Shown here one piece after another: positions 11,140 to 21,716 of a stretch of 39,713 bases of DNA. This stretch comes from Pseudomonadota bacterium (GTDB lineage Bacteria > Bdellovibrionota_B > Oligoflexia > Oligoflexales > CAIYRB01). Under the pieces are notes generated by a model that had not been told where the DNA came from, searched no databases, and saw nothing but the letters and a program-made list of their open reading frames with translations. The stretch is from assembly GCA_031416315.1 (NCBI GenBank), contig JANOTL010000187.1, positions 1 through 39,713 of the forward strand, given 5' to 3'. Both the position numbers and the translations under genes were made by a program. How positions within the stretch are numbered: position 1 is the stretch's first letter; each line of letters begins with the position of its first letter.

Positions 11140-12201
11140 TCACTGCACCGTGACCGGGATCGCGGCGGTGTATTCCCAGCGGCCCGCGACTTCCGAGAAG
11201 GCGCCGAGTCGCATCTGATAGGGACCCGGGGTCACGCCGCTGAGCGCGAGCGAGTTGCCCGAAGAGGCGAAGCGGTAGGTCGGGTTCGCCCAGCCGCCGG
11301 CGCTGAGCTCGACGCGGTAGAACGCGATCTTGTTGTCGCCTTGCCAGGTGACGACGCCACCGCTCGCTGCAAGCGTGCCGCCGGAAGCCGGCGCCGATAG
11401 GGCGATGTTGCGGCGCGAGGGGCCGCTCACCTTGAACGAGCGCACTTCCGTGCTACCCGACTTGTTCTCGACTTTCCAGTACCACGTTCCCGGCCAAGGC
11501 TGGAGGAACGAGTAGCTGTTGCCCGAGACCGCGACCTTCATCGCCGGGGGGCTCATCGACTGGCTGCGGGAGAAGACGATGTAGCCTCCGCCGCCCGACC
11601 AGTTGAAGACCGCCGGTCCTTGGGTCTCGTCATAGTTGAGGCTCGCGCCGTCGGCCGGCTCGGTCAACGTGATCTTGCCGCCGAAGCCGCCGCCGCCGCC
11701 GCTATGCGGCATGCTGTGCGGCACGCCGCCGGATTTCGGCGCCTGTTCCGCGACGTCGCTCCCTACGGCTTCTTCGCTGCCGGAGCCTTCAACAACATCC
11801 TCGCTGCCGCTTGCCTCGTCGCTGGCGGCGCCTTCGACGCTGCCAGAGCCCGATGCGTCGGCGACGGTCGATCCCGAGCCTTCGCCCGCCGGATCTTCGC
11901 TGCCGTCGGCGACCGGATCGTCGGTGTCGGTTTCCTCGCCGCCGCCGATCATCATCGCGGCGACGACGCCAAGGAGGACCACCACCACGGCCGCGGCGAT
12001 ATAGATCTTCTTCTTATCGCCTCCGCCGGTGAAGCCGCCTTCCTTGAAGATTTGCGACACCGCGTTCGTAGAGGTTCCGAAGTTGGAGGTGAACTCCCCC
12101 TTCAGATCCGCCGTGAACGGATTCGACGTCGCCGACGTGCTGCCGGCCGACGACGTAAATGTGTCGGATAGCCCCGTCTGGGAATTATTTTGTTCGTTCA
12201 T
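11140..12201 (-). CDS. Single-pass membrane protein with acidic linker and two Ig/FN3-like domains
   Basis: KKK then a hydrophobic helix; repeated EGSGS acidic linker; beta-rich repeats (LTEPADGA..FNW..GTWYWKV; LSAPASGG..VTW..PGPYQMRL). Confidence 0.7.
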   Translation of the reverse strand: MNEQNNSQTGLSDTFTSSAGSTSATSNPFTADLKGEFTSNFGTSTNAVSQIFKEGGFTGGGDKKKIYIAAAVVVVLLGVVAAMMIGGGEETDTDDPVADGSEDPAGEGSGSTVADASGSGSVEGAASDEASGSEDVVEGSGSEEAVGSDVAEQAPKSGGVPHSMPHSGGGGGFGGKITLTEPADGASLNYDETQGPAVFNWSGGGGYIVFSRSQSMSPPAMKVAVSGNSYSFLQPWPGTWYWKVENKSGSTEVRSFKVSGPSRRNIALSAPASGGTLAASGGVVTWQGDNKIAFYRVELSAGGWANPTYRFASSGNSLALSGVTPGPYQMRLGAFSEVAGRWEYTAAIPVTVQ

Positions 12202-12348
12202 CTCTCGTCTCCCTCGTCTCTTCTCGTCTCGAGCACAGTAATTTACGCACCAAGTGACCCGTCTACGTCGCCTTTCGACGATGCTTAGTCAGAACTTTAG
12301 CCGTGGGAATGGGGCGCTAGACGGGATGAAGTGATATGCCTACCGATA

Positions 12349-12378
12349 ATTATAAGTTTGGGCTTGCGACCGAAGCAA
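12349..12378 (-). promoter_or_regulatory. Candidate sigma70 promoter for the 12201 gene
   Basis: TTGCTT-N18-TATAAT on - strand, about 150 nt upstream of the ATG. Confidence 0.45.
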
Positions 12379-12462
12379 GCAGCGTGCGTCGACTCGCTAG
12401 ACGTAAGTGCCGCCCGCAAAGATTTGCGTTTTCGACCTTATTTCAGGTGTGAAACACGCAAA

Positions 12463-13557
12463 TCAGGGCGACGTCACCTTATCGCCAAAGAGCGTTTGGC
12501 AAAGTTCCTCTACGCCGCTCACGCGCAGATCGACGATGAAAACGGGCTTGGCGAGACGGGCAAAGAGCGCGGGATCACGCCAGTGATCCTTGGCGGTTGT
12601 GAGGACGACGGCGGCGGGCCCGGCGGCGCTTCGCAGCGTCTCGAGGTCGAAAGCGGCGTGGTCCGGAACGAAAAATGGGGAGACGGCGGCACCGACGATG
12701 TTTTCCACGGTGGTCCGGAGGCGCTCGGGATGAGCGATGCCGGTGGCCAGGAGGATCGGCCCCCGGCCGAGGGCCTCCGGGGGGATCTCGGTGTGGAAGC
12801 TCGCCGTGAAGACCGGAGCCGCCGTATGGTCGGCCACGATCCGGCGGGCCGCGGCGCTGGGAAAATCCCCCGCCGCGCGCGTGAAAAGCACGGCTTTCGC
12901 GCGGCGCAGGGCGGCCACCGGCTCGCGCAGGGTGCCGCGGGGCAGGAGCTTGCCGTTGCCGAAAGGGTGGCGCGCGTCCAAAAGGACGAGATCGGCATCG
13001 CGGGCGAGCTGCCGATGTTGAAAGCCGTCGTCCAGAAGCCAGTCGCTCGGCGCCTCGCCCCTGGCGAGCCAGGCTCGGGCGGCGGCGGCACGGCTGGCGT
13101 GCGCGAGGACGGGAACCTCGGGCAACGCGACCGACATCAGCCGGGCTTCGTCCGGGAGGCTCAAGGCCGTGCCGTCGGCATGGTCCAGGAACAGCCGGCT
13201 CACGCCCGGGACGAGGGCGCCGGCCAAAAGCGCGAAGCCAGTGCCAGGCGGGCGCGTCGCGCCGTAGCCGCGGGTCAGGATCGCCGGCGTTCGGCCCCGC
13301 GTCGCGAGCCAGCGCGCGACCGCGATGACGACGGGCGTTTTGCCGGTGCCGCCGGCGACCAGGTTGCCGACGGAGACGACGCGGCCGGGCAGGCGCTCGC
13401 CGCCGACGATCCCGGAATCGTACAGGGAGGCGCGCAGGGCCTGCGCGGCTCCATAAAGAATGGACAGGGGCGCGCTCATCGCGGCGAACGCGACACTTTG
13501 CGCCTGTAACTCGAGTTGCGCCTCGTGGACCAGCCGCCGACGGTCAAGGAGCGCCAT
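12463..13557 (-). CDS. lpxK: Tetraacyldisaccharide 4'-kinase
   Basis: SVGNLVAGGTGKTP, LTRGYG, DEA, LLDDGFQH, LLPRGTLRE, TTAKD; start overlaps the msbA stop. Confidence 0.92.
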   Translation of the reverse strand: MALLDRRRLVHEAQLELQAQSVAFAAMSAPLSILYGAAQALRASLYDSGIVGGERLPGRVVSVGNLVAGGTGKTPVVIAVARWLATRGRTPAILTRGYGATRPPGTGFALLAGALVPGVSRLFLDHADGTALSLPDEARLMSVALPEVPVLAHASRAAAARAWLARGEAPSDWLLDDGFQHRQLARDADLVLLDARHPFGNGKLLPRGTLREPVAALRRAKAVLFTRAAGDFPSAAARRIVADHTAAPVFTASFHTEIPPEALGRGPILLATGIAHPERLRTTVENIVGAAVSPFFVPDHAAFDLETLRSAAGPAAVVLTTAKDHWRDPALFARLAKPVFIVDLRVSGVEELCQTLFGDKVTSP

Positions 13558-15358
13558 CGGCAGCGGCCTCGCAGTAGCGGCGGTACCGGGCGTCCGCGAG
13601 CAAGGTCGCGTGTGGGCCGCGAAGCGCGAGCTTTCCGCCCTCGACGAACCAGACCTCGTCAAAGGCGGCGAGCCAGCGGAGGCGGTGCGTGACCGCGACG
13701 AGGGCGGTTTTCGCCGCGCGGGCGGCGGCGATCAAGCGCTCGGTGATCTCGCGCTCGGAGCGCGGGTCGACGGCGGCGGTCGCCTCGTCCAGCAGAAGAA
13801 TCGGTCGGTCGCGGAGCAAGCCCCGCGCAATGCACAGGCGCTGAAGCTGGCCGCCGGAGACGCTGCCGCCGAGCGCGCGCAGGTGGGTGTCGAGGCCTTT
13901 GGGCCACGTCTTCAGCTCGCTCTCGAGGTTCACGGCGGCGAGAGCCTCGGCGAGGGCGGCGGCGGACGGTTGTTTTTCCAGTCCATACGACAGGTTATCG
14001 GCGACGGTGGCATCGAAGAGGAAAGGGTCCTGCGAGACCATCGAGACTTGGGCCGAGGCTTCAGTCCATGGCAAGGAGGCGTTCCAGGAGAGCGGACCTA
14101 TGAGGCCGGCGAGGGTTTTGGCGAACGTGCTTTTACCGGCGCCGCTGGGGCCGATGATGGCGATCGATTGGCCCGGGGAGATGGAGAGGGTGGTGGCGGA
14201 AAAGGCGGGGACGGTGGTGAAGCCGGCCGTGAGGGCGTGGATTTCGAGGGTGCAGAAGGCCTTTTTTGCCACGGAGGAGCGCAGCGGCGGAGAAGCGGCG
14301 GCGCATTCCAGGTCGACGAGCATGTCGACGCTGCGTTTCAAGGCGCCGCGAGTCTCCTGGTAACGCACGAGTTGCTCGCCGATTTCTTTGAGGGGCTTGA
14401 GCAGAATTCCGAGCGCGGCGAAGAATTGGAGCATCGTGCCGGCGTTGATGCCGACCGCCCAGTGCCCGCGGCCGACGCCCCAAACGACGAGCGCGAAGAG
14501 CGCGAAGCCGGCGAACTCGAGCAAAGGCGCGAAGGCCGAGCGCGTCAGGATCGAGCGGCGGACCATCTTGAAATAAGCGTGATTCACGCGGGAAAACGCG
14601 GCGCGCTCGCGCTCCTCGCCGCCTTGCGAGCGGATGAAGTCGAAGCGGGCGCGAAAATCGAGGACCAGGGCGGCGAGCCGGCCAAGCTCGCGTTGATAGG
14701 CTTCGGCGAAGAGCGCGATGCGGCGGCCCGTGCGACCCATCGTGAACGCGGCGAACGGCGCGATCGCGAGGAGGACGAGGCCGGTCGGCGGATGAATCCA
14801 GAGCATCGCGCCGACGCCGAAGACGACGGTGACGCCGGCGCGGATGCCGCCGGTCATGACGTCGGAGAAGCGTGCCTGCAGAAAAAGCGCGTCGTTCATC
14901 ACGAGGGACATCCACTCGCCGACGGCGCGGCCACGGATGACGGCGTAGGGTTGCGCGAGGACGGCGCGGAAGACGCGCTCGCGGAAGCTTTTCGCCAGGG
15001 CCAGGGAGAGTGTTTGCTGATTGAGCTGGTAGACAAAGCTCGCGCTGCTGTTGAGGACGCCGGCAAAGACGATGGCGAGCGGCACCGCGACGGCCAGCAC
15101 GGCGCGCGTGACCGTGGCGCCCGAGAGCTCGGGAAACCAAGCGGCGGCGCGCGGGGGAATGAGCTCGGCCAGCAGGACAGGGGCGCCGCCGGTGACGGCC
15201 GGGTCGGCGAAGAGAGCTTTGGCGAAGCTTTGGATCAGGGCGAGGAAGGAAGATTGGGCGAGGCCCATGGCGAGCAGCGAGAGGGTCACGAGGGCGATCG
15301 CACGACGCTCGTGGGCTAGGGGAAGGAGCAGGGGCCGGAGCCCGGCCTGCCGGCTCAC
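13544..15358 (-). CDS. msbA: MsbA-like ABC exporter (fused TMD+NBD)
   Basis: Hydrophobic TMD; GPSGAGKS, VSGGQLQR, LLLDEAT; located between lpxB and lpxK. Confidence 0.8.
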   Translation of the reverse strand: MSRQAGLRPLLLPLAHERRAIALVTLSLLAMGLAQSSFLALIQSFAKALFADPAVTGGAPVLLAELIPPRAAAWFPELSGATVTRAVLAVAVPLAIVFAGVLNSSASFVYQLNQQTLSLALAKSFRERVFRAVLAQPYAVIRGRAVGEWMSLVMNDALFLQARFSDVMTGGIRAGVTVVFGVGAMLWIHPPTGLVLLAIAPFAAFTMGRTGRRIALFAEAYQRELGRLAALVLDFRARFDFIRSQGGEERERAAFSRVNHAYFKMVRRSILTRSAFAPLLEFAGFALFALVVWGVGRGHWAVGINAGTMLQFFAALGILLKPLKEIGEQLVRYQETRGALKRSVDMLVDLECAAASPPLRSSVAKKAFCTLEIHALTAGFTTVPAFSATTLSISPGQSIAIIGPSGAGKSTFAKTLAGLIGPLSWNASLPWTEASAQVSMVSQDPFLFDATVADNLSYGLEKQPSAAALAEALAAVNLESELKTWPKGLDTHLRALGGSVSGGQLQRLCIARGLLRDRPILLLDEATAAVDPRSEREITERLIAAARAAKTALVAVTHRLRWLAAFDEVWFVEGGKLALRGPHATLLADARYRRYCEAAADGAP

Positions 15359-16572
15359 GCGGACGCCGGCTTGCCGTCGCTGAAGCGCTGCGCGATCGCC
15401 GTCGCGGCGTTCTCGGCGGCGGCGCCTTTGAGGCGGTCGCGGATGTCCTCGAACTGCTCGAGGACGGCCTTGCGTTTCACCTCATCGCGCAGAAGCGACA
15501 GGATCTCCGACGTCACGTCCTCGACGGCGAAGTCCTGGATGAACTCGGCGACGAGGCGCTTGCCGGCGAGCAGGTTGACGAGGCTCACGTAAGGCAGCTT
15601 CACCGCGTGCTTCGCGATCTGGTAGGTGAAGTCGCTCATCGTATAGACCACGGCCATCGGCGTGCCGAGGAGCGCGCATTCCAGGGTGGCGGTCCCCGAG
15701 GCGACGATCGCGGCGTCGGCCGCCGCCATCATCTCGAGGCTCATGCCGCGCACGAAGAGGAGGCCGGCGCATTCGTAGGACTCGACCGCGACGCGCGTGC
15801 CGGCCGCGTGCTTTAGGAGCTTTAAGTCGTCCCGCCCGGCGCGGAATTGGTCGACGACCTCGAGCAGGTCCATGTTGGTCGCGACCGGCACGACGAACAT
15901 CGCGTCGGGGATCTCCCGCGCGACGCCGTTGCGGACGGCGGCCAAGGTCGGGAGGTTGAGCTTGATCTCCGAGGGACGGCTGCCGGGCAGGCAAGCGATC
16001 ACCTTGCGGTTCTCCGGCAAGCCGAGGGAGGAGCGCTTGACGATGACCTTGTCGATGCGGTCTTTCAACGGCGAGCCGACGTAGTTGTAGTTGATGCGGC
16101 GCTCGCGGAAGAACTCCTCCTCGAAAGGGAGGATGCCGAGCACGAGGTCGACGTTGTCGCGGAGCTTCGGCGCGCGGCTGGCGCCCCAGGCCCAGAGCTT
16201 CGGCGCGACGTACTGATAGACCTTGATCCCGCGCATCTTCAACTGCTCGGCGAGCCGCAGGTGGAAGCCTGGATTATCAATAAGTACCGCGAACTTAGGG
16301 TCCCACTGGTCGATGAAGTGTAGGATCCGCTGCTCGAGCATGCACAAGTCGGAGACCTTCTTCAGGACCTCGGCGACGCCCATCACGCTGAGCTGCGAGA
16401 CGTTCGCGACCTCTTCGACCCCGGCATGCACCATCGCCGAGCCGACGACGCCGAACGGCGTCAGCTTCGGCAGACGTTCGCGCAAGGCGAGGACGAGATC
16501 GGCTCCGAGCAGGTCGCCCGAGTGCTCGCCCGCCGAGATGAAGTAGGTCTCCTGCTTTTTTCCGACGCTCAC
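15355..16572 (-). CDS. lpxB: Lipid-A-disaccharide synthase
   Basis: SAGEHSGDLLG, IDNPGFH, YVAPKLWAW, LPFE, LPGSRPSE, SGTATLE. Confidence 0.95.
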   Translation of the reverse strand: MSVGKKQETYFISAGEHSGDLLGADLVLALRERLPKLTPFGVVGSAMVHAGVEEVANVSQLSVMGVAEVLKKVSDLCMLEQRILHFIDQWDPKFAVLIDNPGFHLRLAEQLKMRGIKVYQYVAPKLWAWGASRAPKLRDNVDLVLGILPFEEEFFRERRINYNYVGSPLKDRIDKVIVKRSSLGLPENRKVIACLPGSRPSEIKLNLPTLAAVRNGVAREIPDAMFVVPVATNMDLLEVVDQFRAGRDDLKLLKHAAGTRVAVESYECAGLLFVRGMSLEMMAAADAAIVASGTATLECALLGTPMAVVYTMSDFTYQIAKHAVKLPYVSLVNLLAGKRLVAEFIQDFAVEDVTSEILSLLRDEVKRKAVLEQFEDIRDRLKGAAAENAATAIAQRFSDGKPASA

Positions 16573-16584
16573 CAGGAGGTCCTT

Positions 16585-17424
16585 CTACCGGCAAAGACCG
16601 CGCTTCGACGCCTTCAGGAACGCCACGAAGTGGGTCCGCTCCTCGCTCTCCGGCACCTCGGCCAGGATCCTGGCCACGGCGTCGTCGAGCGTCAGGCTCT
16701 CACTGTAAACCAAACGATACATCGTCTTGAAGTCGCGCACGAGGTCGGCGGCGTAGCCGGCGCGGCGCAGGCCGACGACGTTGAGGCCGTTCGGCGTGGC
16801 GCGGTCGCCCTGAACCATAGTGTACGGCGTCACGTCCTGGGTGACCATGCTGCCGCCGGCGATCATCGCCATCGTGCCGATCTTGCAGAACTGGTGGACG
16901 GCGCAAAGGCCGCCCAAAAACGCCCGGCTCTGGACCTCGACGTGCCCGGCCAGGGTCGCGTTGTTGGCGAAGACGGCGTTGTCGCCGATGACGCAGTCGT
17001 GCGCCACGTGGACGTTGACCATGAACAGGTTGCGGCGACCGACGACGGTCTTGCCGCCGCCCGACGCGGTGCCGATGGAAAAATTCGAGTACTGACGGAT
17101 CGAGTTCTCCTCGCCGATGATCAGCTCGGCGGACTCGCCCTTGTACTTCAAGTCCTGCGGCAATGCGCCGAGGACCACGAAGGGGTAGACGACGGAATGG
17201 GCGCCGACCGTGGTCCGGCCCTCGATCACGCAGTGGGAGTCGACGCGGACGCCGTCGCCGAGCCTGACGCCGCGGCCGACGATCGCGTACGGGCCGACGT
17301 GGACGCCTCGGCCCAGCTCCGCGCGGCGGTCGACCAGAGCGGTCGGGTGGACGACGGTGGTGGCGCTCTCTTCGGCCTTGGCGACGTCGACGTCGTGGAG
17401 GGTCAGTTCGTCCTGCTCGATCAT
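16585..17424 (-). CDS. lpxA: UDP-GlcNAc O-acyltransferase
   Basis: Hexapeptide repeats; PQDLKY, HVAHDC, LAGHV, VHQF, GLNVVGLRR. Confidence 0.96.
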   Translation of the reverse strand: MIEQDELTLHDVDVAKAEESATTVVHPTALVDRRAELGRGVHVGPYAIVGRGVRLGDGVRVDSHCVIEGRTTVGAHSVVYPFVVLGALPQDLKYKGESAELIIGEENSIRQYSNFSIGTASGGGKTVVGRRNLFMVNVHVAHDCVIGDNAVFANNATLAGHVEVQSRAFLGGLCAVHQFCKIGTMAMIAGGSMVTQDVTPYTMVQGDRATPNGLNVVGLRRAGYAADLVRDFKTMYRLVYSESLTLDDAVARILAEVPESEERTHFVAFLKASKRGLCR

Positions 17425-17936
17425 TTGATGAACGCCGAAAGCTTCACTTCCGCAGCGGTCTCGCCGTCGACGGTGCAGACCGCCTCGAACCAGAAGAACG
17501 GCGCCCGGCGCTTCAGCACCGTCGCTTCGATGCGCAGCGTGTCGCCCGGCACGACCGGCCGGCGGAAGCGCGCCGAGGTGACCTCGGTCAGGTAGCAGGT
17601 GGACAAGCCCACGTCGTAGCTGAGGTGGCCGAGGACGGCGGTCGCCTGGGCGATCGCCTCGATCATCAGCACGCCCGGCATCACGGGATTGCCCGGGAAG
17701 TGGCCCTGCAGGAAGTGGTCGCTATAGGAGACGTTCTTTGTCGCGACGATGCGCTCGTGGGGGCTCGCCTCGAGGACGCGGTCGATCAGGAGGAACGGGA
17801 AGCGGTGCGGGATGCACTTCATGATGTCGGTGACATCCATCGGCATCTTCGTCGGGCGAAAGACCGAGGGCTTCGAGTCCATCATGACCGGGGCGCTCCG
17901 CGGGGAGGATTTTTCCGTGGGGAAGTCGAGGCTCAT
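17421..17936 (-). CDS. fabZ: 3-hydroxyacyl-ACP dehydratase
   Basis: [38 protein letters not shown]; exact start uncertain. Confidence 0.95.
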   Translation of the reverse strand: MSLDFPTEKSSPRSAPVMMDSKPSVFRPTKMPMDVTDIMKCIPHRFPFLLIDRVLEASPHERIVATKNVSYSDHFLQGHFPGNPVMPGVLMIEAIAQATAVLGHLSYDVGLSTCYLTEVTSARFRRPVVPGDTLRIEATVLKRRAPFFWFEAVCTVDGETAAEVKLSAFIK

Positions 17937-17942
17937 CTCAGC

Positions 17943-18500
17943 TCACTTTTTCGGCGGCGGAGGCGGCGCCTTGCTGTCGTCGGCCGCGACGCTCGAAGGC
18001 GGGCGCTTGCCGTACTCGGTGATGACCTCTTGGGTCAGGTCCATCGGATTCTCGAGATAGAGGAGGCCGGCGCTGTTGGTCTCGAAGACGCCCGCGAGCT
18101 TCTTCGCCTTGGCGAGCGCGTCGACGACGCCGGCGACCTTGACCGCGATCTGTTGGGTGGCCTTCTGCTCCTTGCGCTTGATGTTCGCCTGGAACTCCAT
18201 CTCGTCGTTGCGGAGCGAGAGGAACTTCTCCTGGAACTCCTGCTGCTTCTTCATGCGCGCGTCCTCGGAGAGGAGCGCGGCCTGCTCTTTCCATTCCTTG
18301 TTCATCTTGTCGAGCTCCTCCTTGCGCTTCAGGAGCTCGGCCTCCTTGCCTTTGATCTCGCCCTCGAGGGCGGTGCGGGCGGCCTTGCCTTCCTCGACGG
18401 TCAGGATGACCTGCTGCATGTCGACGACGCCGAAGCGCGAATCCGCGGCATGGGCCGCGCTGCTGGCAAAAAGGGCGGCAATGAGAAGGGCGAAACGCAT
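17943..18500 (-). CDS. skp: Periplasmic chaperone Skp/OmpH
   Basis: Signal peptide, FGVVDMQQV, long coiled coil, DLTQEVI; directly after bamA; alternative start at 18536. Confidence 0.88.
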   Translation of the reverse strand: MRFALLIAALFASSAAHAADSRFGVVDMQQVILTVEEGKAARTALEGEIKGKEAELLKRKEELDKMNKEWKEQAALLSEDARMKKQQEFQEKFLSLRNDEMEFQANIKRKEQKATQQIAVKVAGVVDALAKAKKLAGVFETNSAGLLYLENPMDLTQEVITEYGKRPPSSVAADDSKAPPPPPKK

Positions 18501-18538
18501 GGGGGCTCCCGTCGCTTGGGCGAAAAATCGATTCATAC

Positions 18539-20989
18539 TCAATAGCCGATGTAGAAGATGATCTCCATATCGCCGAGCTTGCCGCCGTCCAGGACCGGAT
18601 AGGCCCATTCGAAGCGGAAAGGCGCGATCGGGGTGATCCAGCGGAAGCCGAAGCCCACGTCTTTCTTGAATTCCGTGAAGGCGATCGACTCGTTGTCGTC
18701 GTAGACCCGGCCGGCGTCGGCGAATAAGAGAGACTTGATCCCTGCCTCGGGGATGAGCGGCATGAAGTACTCGATTTGGAAGAGGAGCTTCTTGTCGCCG
18801 CCCTTGTTGATCGTGGTGCGACGGCTGCCCGGCGCGCGCAGGAGGCTGAAGCGGGGGCCGATATCCCAATAATCATAGCCCCTTAAATCGTTGTAGCCGC
18901 CCAGGCGGTAGCGCTCGGAGAAGGGCACGGGCTCGTCGGCCATCGGGTAGATGTAGGCGACGACGGAGTTCAACTTGAAGTAGGTGCGATAGGTCTCGGT
19001 GAAGTCGATCGGGACGTAGCCCGTCGCCTTGGCCGAGGACTCGATGTACTGGGTGTCGCCGCGCAAGAGCCGGCCGCCGGTGAAGTTCTGGCTGAAGGCG
19101 AGCTCGGTGCCTTGGGTCGGGTCGATGTAGTTGTCGACGTCGGTGCGGCTCACCGTGAAGATCATGCTGGAGGCGATGCCGTCCTCGGTGAAGCGCGGCA
19201 GGAGGAAGGCCTCGCTGTCCTGGGTCTTGCGCGACCACTGGTATTTGATGGTGCCGCGGATCAACTCGATGATGCGCCGGCCGATGAAGACCGAGCCGCC
19301 GACCTTCTTCTCGGTGACCTCGACGTCGTCCAAGTGCTTCCGGCGCTCGTTCGTGTAGAAGGCGCTGAAGCCGGACGACCACTGGGAGTCCCAGACCCGC
19401 GGGTCCGAGAACCCGAAGTCGATCGAGTAGTTCTCCTCGCCGTTCCACTTGCCGGAGAGGTTGGTGTTCCAGCCCTTGCCCGACTGGTTTTTCTCGTCGT
19501 AGCGGCCCTGGCCGAACCACTGCGAGCCCTCGGTGCCGGAGCTGTTCGGCGTGAAGCCGACGGCGGCCTGCAGCTGGCCCGTGGGCTTCTCCTTCACCTT
19601 GATGTTCAGGTTGAGAAGGTTCTGCTGCTTCTCGTCGCGCTCTTTGATGACCTGGACTTCCTCGAAGAAGCCGAGGCGGTTGATGTTGTTCTTCGTGTTG
19701 GCGAGGCCGGTGCCGCTGTAGAGCTCGGAGTCGGCGATCTCGAACTCGCGGCGGATGACGTTGTCACGGGTCTTGGTGTTGCCCGTGATCGTCATGCGGC
19801 CGAAGTAGACCTTCTCGCCCTTGGTGATCTCGTAGTTGACGTGGACGAGCTTCTTGTCTCTGTCGAAAGTTGTCTTCGGGTTGACGTCGGCGTAGGCGTA
19901 ACCGAGGTCGCCGTACTTATCGACGAGCATCTCGATGTCCCGGGTGAAGCGCGAGTAGCGGAAGAGCTCGCCCGGCTTCAGCTTCATCAGGTCGATGAGC
20001 TCCTGCTTCGGATAGAGGAGATCGCCCGAGATGTCGATCGTGCCGACATCGTACTGCAAGCCCTCCTCGACCTGGAAGGTGAGGCGGACGAAGTCGCGGT
20101 CGGCGTCCAAGAACTGGAAGGGCTTGGCGACCTTGACCTCGGCGAAGCCTTGGTCGCGGTAGATGTACGAGATGTACTCCAGGTCTCTTTTGACGAAGTC
20201 ATCCTGGTAGAGCGAGCTGGAGCTGAAGGCCGAGCCCCGCGTGTACGGGCGCGAGGCGAGGCCGGGCGCGCCGGCGACGATGTCGGCGTCGGAGAAGAAT
20301 TTGTTGCCGAGGAGATGAACGCTGCCGACGAGGACCTTGCCGCCTTCGTCGATGTGGAAGATCAAGGCCGTCTCGGTCGCGCTCTTCTCTTCGCGCGTGT
20401 ACGTGACGCGGGCGAGGTAGAAGCCCTTTTCGGCGTACTGTTTCTCGATCATGCGGAGGTCGGCGGTGATCGTCGCGTCGTTGACGATCGTGTAAAGCTT
20501 CGTCTCGAGCTTCTCGCGCATCGTCTCTTCAGTGATCTCGTCATTGCCTTCGAAGGCGATCGAGACGATAGCCGGCTTCTCGACGACCTGGATGACGACG
20601 TCGACGCCGGCGCCCGCGGGTTTCTGGAAGAAGCGGACGTCGTAGAAGTAGCCGAGCTCGTAGAGGGCGCGGATGTCGTCTTTCACCGTCTGCGGGTTCA
20701 GGGTCTCGCCCTTGCGGGTCTTGAGAAGCGTCAGAATCGCGTCGGACTCGACCTTAGCGTTGCCGCGGACCGAGATCTCGTTGACCGATTTCCCCGGGAC
20801 CTTGGGCGCGGGCGGAGGTGGCGGATCGTCGTCCCCCTTGTCAGCACCCGCCTCGGGAGGCGCGGCTTGCGCGTGGACGGGAAGCGCACGGAGCATCAGG
20901 GTCGAAGCGCATAGAGCGACGAGCCAAGAGAGCAGGCGGTGCAGCATCAGCGAAGACAGCGGGGAGCGGGTCGGCAAAGCAAAAACCAT
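18539..20989 (-). CDS. bamA: Outer membrane protein assembly factor BamA
   Basis: POTRA repeats (GNTKTRDNVIRRE, RLGFFE, VKEKPTG), LGGYNDLRGY, GFRWITPIAPFRF, C-terminal aromatic; TAATG overlap with lolD. Confidence 0.95.
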   Translation of the reverse strand: MVFALPTRSPLSSLMLHRLLSWLVALCASTLMLRALPVHAQAAPPEAGADKGDDDPPPPPAPKVPGKSVNEISVRGNAKVESDAILTLLKTRKGETLNPQTVKDDIRALYELGYFYDVRFFQKPAGAGVDVVIQVVEKPAIVSIAFEGNDEITEETMREKLETKLYTIVNDATITADLRMIEKQYAEKGFYLARVTYTREEKSATETALIFHIDEGGKVLVGSVHLLGNKFFSDADIVAGAPGLASRPYTRGSAFSSSSLYQDDFVKRDLEYISYIYRDQGFAEVKVAKPFQFLDADRDFVRLTFQVEEGLQYDVGTIDISGDLLYPKQELIDLMKLKPGELFRYSRFTRDIEMLVDKYGDLGYAYADVNPKTTFDRDKKLVHVNYEITKGEKVYFGRMTITGNTKTRDNVIRREFEIADSELYSGTGLANTKNNINRLGFFEEVQVIKERDEKQQNLLNLNIKVKEKPTGQLQAAVGFTPNSSGTEGSQWFGQGRYDEKNQSGKGWNTNLSGKWNGEENYSIDFGFSDPRVWDSQWSSGFSAFYTNERRKHLDDVEVTEKKVGGSVFIGRRIIELIRGTIKYQWSRKTQDSEAFLLPRFTEDGIASSMIFTVSRTDVDNYIDPTQGTELAFSQNFTGGRLLRGDTQYIESSAKATGYVPIDFTETYRTYFKLNSVVAYIYPMADEPVPFSERYRLGGYNDLRGYDYWDIGPRFSLLRAPGSRRTTINKGGDKKLLFQIEYFMPLIPEAGIKSLLFADAGRVYDDNESIAFTEFKKDVGFGFRWITPIAPFRFEWAYPVLDGGKLGDMEIIFYIGY

Positions 20990-21702
20990 TAGGTGAATCC
21001 ACCGCCCTCTAAGACGCGCCCGTCCTCCATGACCACTTGCGCCGGCATGCGGCGCGCGAGGTCGGGGTCGTGCGTCACGAGCAGCATGGTGACGTTGTTC
21101 TCGACGCAGATCTGGAGGAGCAGGTCTTGAATGCTCAAGCTCGTCCTTTGGTCCAAGTTGCCGGTGGGCTCGTCGGCGAGCAGGATGGCAGGCGCCATCA
21201 CGAGCGCGCGCGCGATGGCGACGCGCTGCTGCTCGCCGCCGGAGAGCTCGCCGGGCCGGTGATGGAGGCGCTGCTTCAGGCCGACGGCGTCGAGCAGGCG
21301 CGCGGCGCGGTCTTCGACCTGTTTTCTCTGCGCGCCCGCGATCAGGCCGGGAAGCATGACGTTCTCCAGGGCCGAGAACTCGTGCAGGAGGTTGTTCATC
21401 TGGAAGACGAAGCCGATGCGGTTGTTGCGGAAGGCCGAGGCTTCCTTGTCGCCGACGGCGGAGACGTCGACTCCGTCCAGCACGATGGTGCCGGTCGTCG
21501 GCCGGTCGAGCGTGCCGATGATGTGGAGGAGCGTGCTCTTGCCCGCGCCCGATTTGCCGCTGACGGCGGCGATGGCGCCGCGCGGGATGCGTAGATTCAC
21601 GCCCCGCAAGGCTTCCACCGGCTGATTCGCGATCATGTAGGCCTTGCGCACGTCCTTCATGACGATGCACGGGGCAGTGGAAGCGGTCGTGGGCGGGTTC
21701 AT
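20989..21702 (-). CDS. lolD: Lipoprotein-releasing ABC transporter ATPase
   Basis: [45 protein letters not shown]; start MNPP with AAGGAAGG RBS. Confidence 0.9.
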   Translation of the reverse strand: MNPPTTASTAPCIVMKDVRKAYMIANQPVEALRGVNLRIPRGAIAAVSGKSGAGKSTLLHIIGTLDRPTTGTIVLDGVDVSAVGDKEASAFRNNRIGFVFQMNNLLHEFSALENVMLPGLIAGAQRKQVEDRAARLLDAVGLKQRLHHRPGELSGGEQQRVAIARALVMAPAILLADEPTGNLDQRTSLSIQDLLLQICVENNVTMLLVTHDPDLARRMPAQVVMEDGRVLEGGGFT

Positions 21703-21716
21703 CGGCGATCCTTCCT

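Noticed and set aside
18539..21670. 1043-aa BamA with a long N-terminal extension
   Set aside because: The extension is an alternative frame of lolD; the signal peptide follows the ATG at 20989
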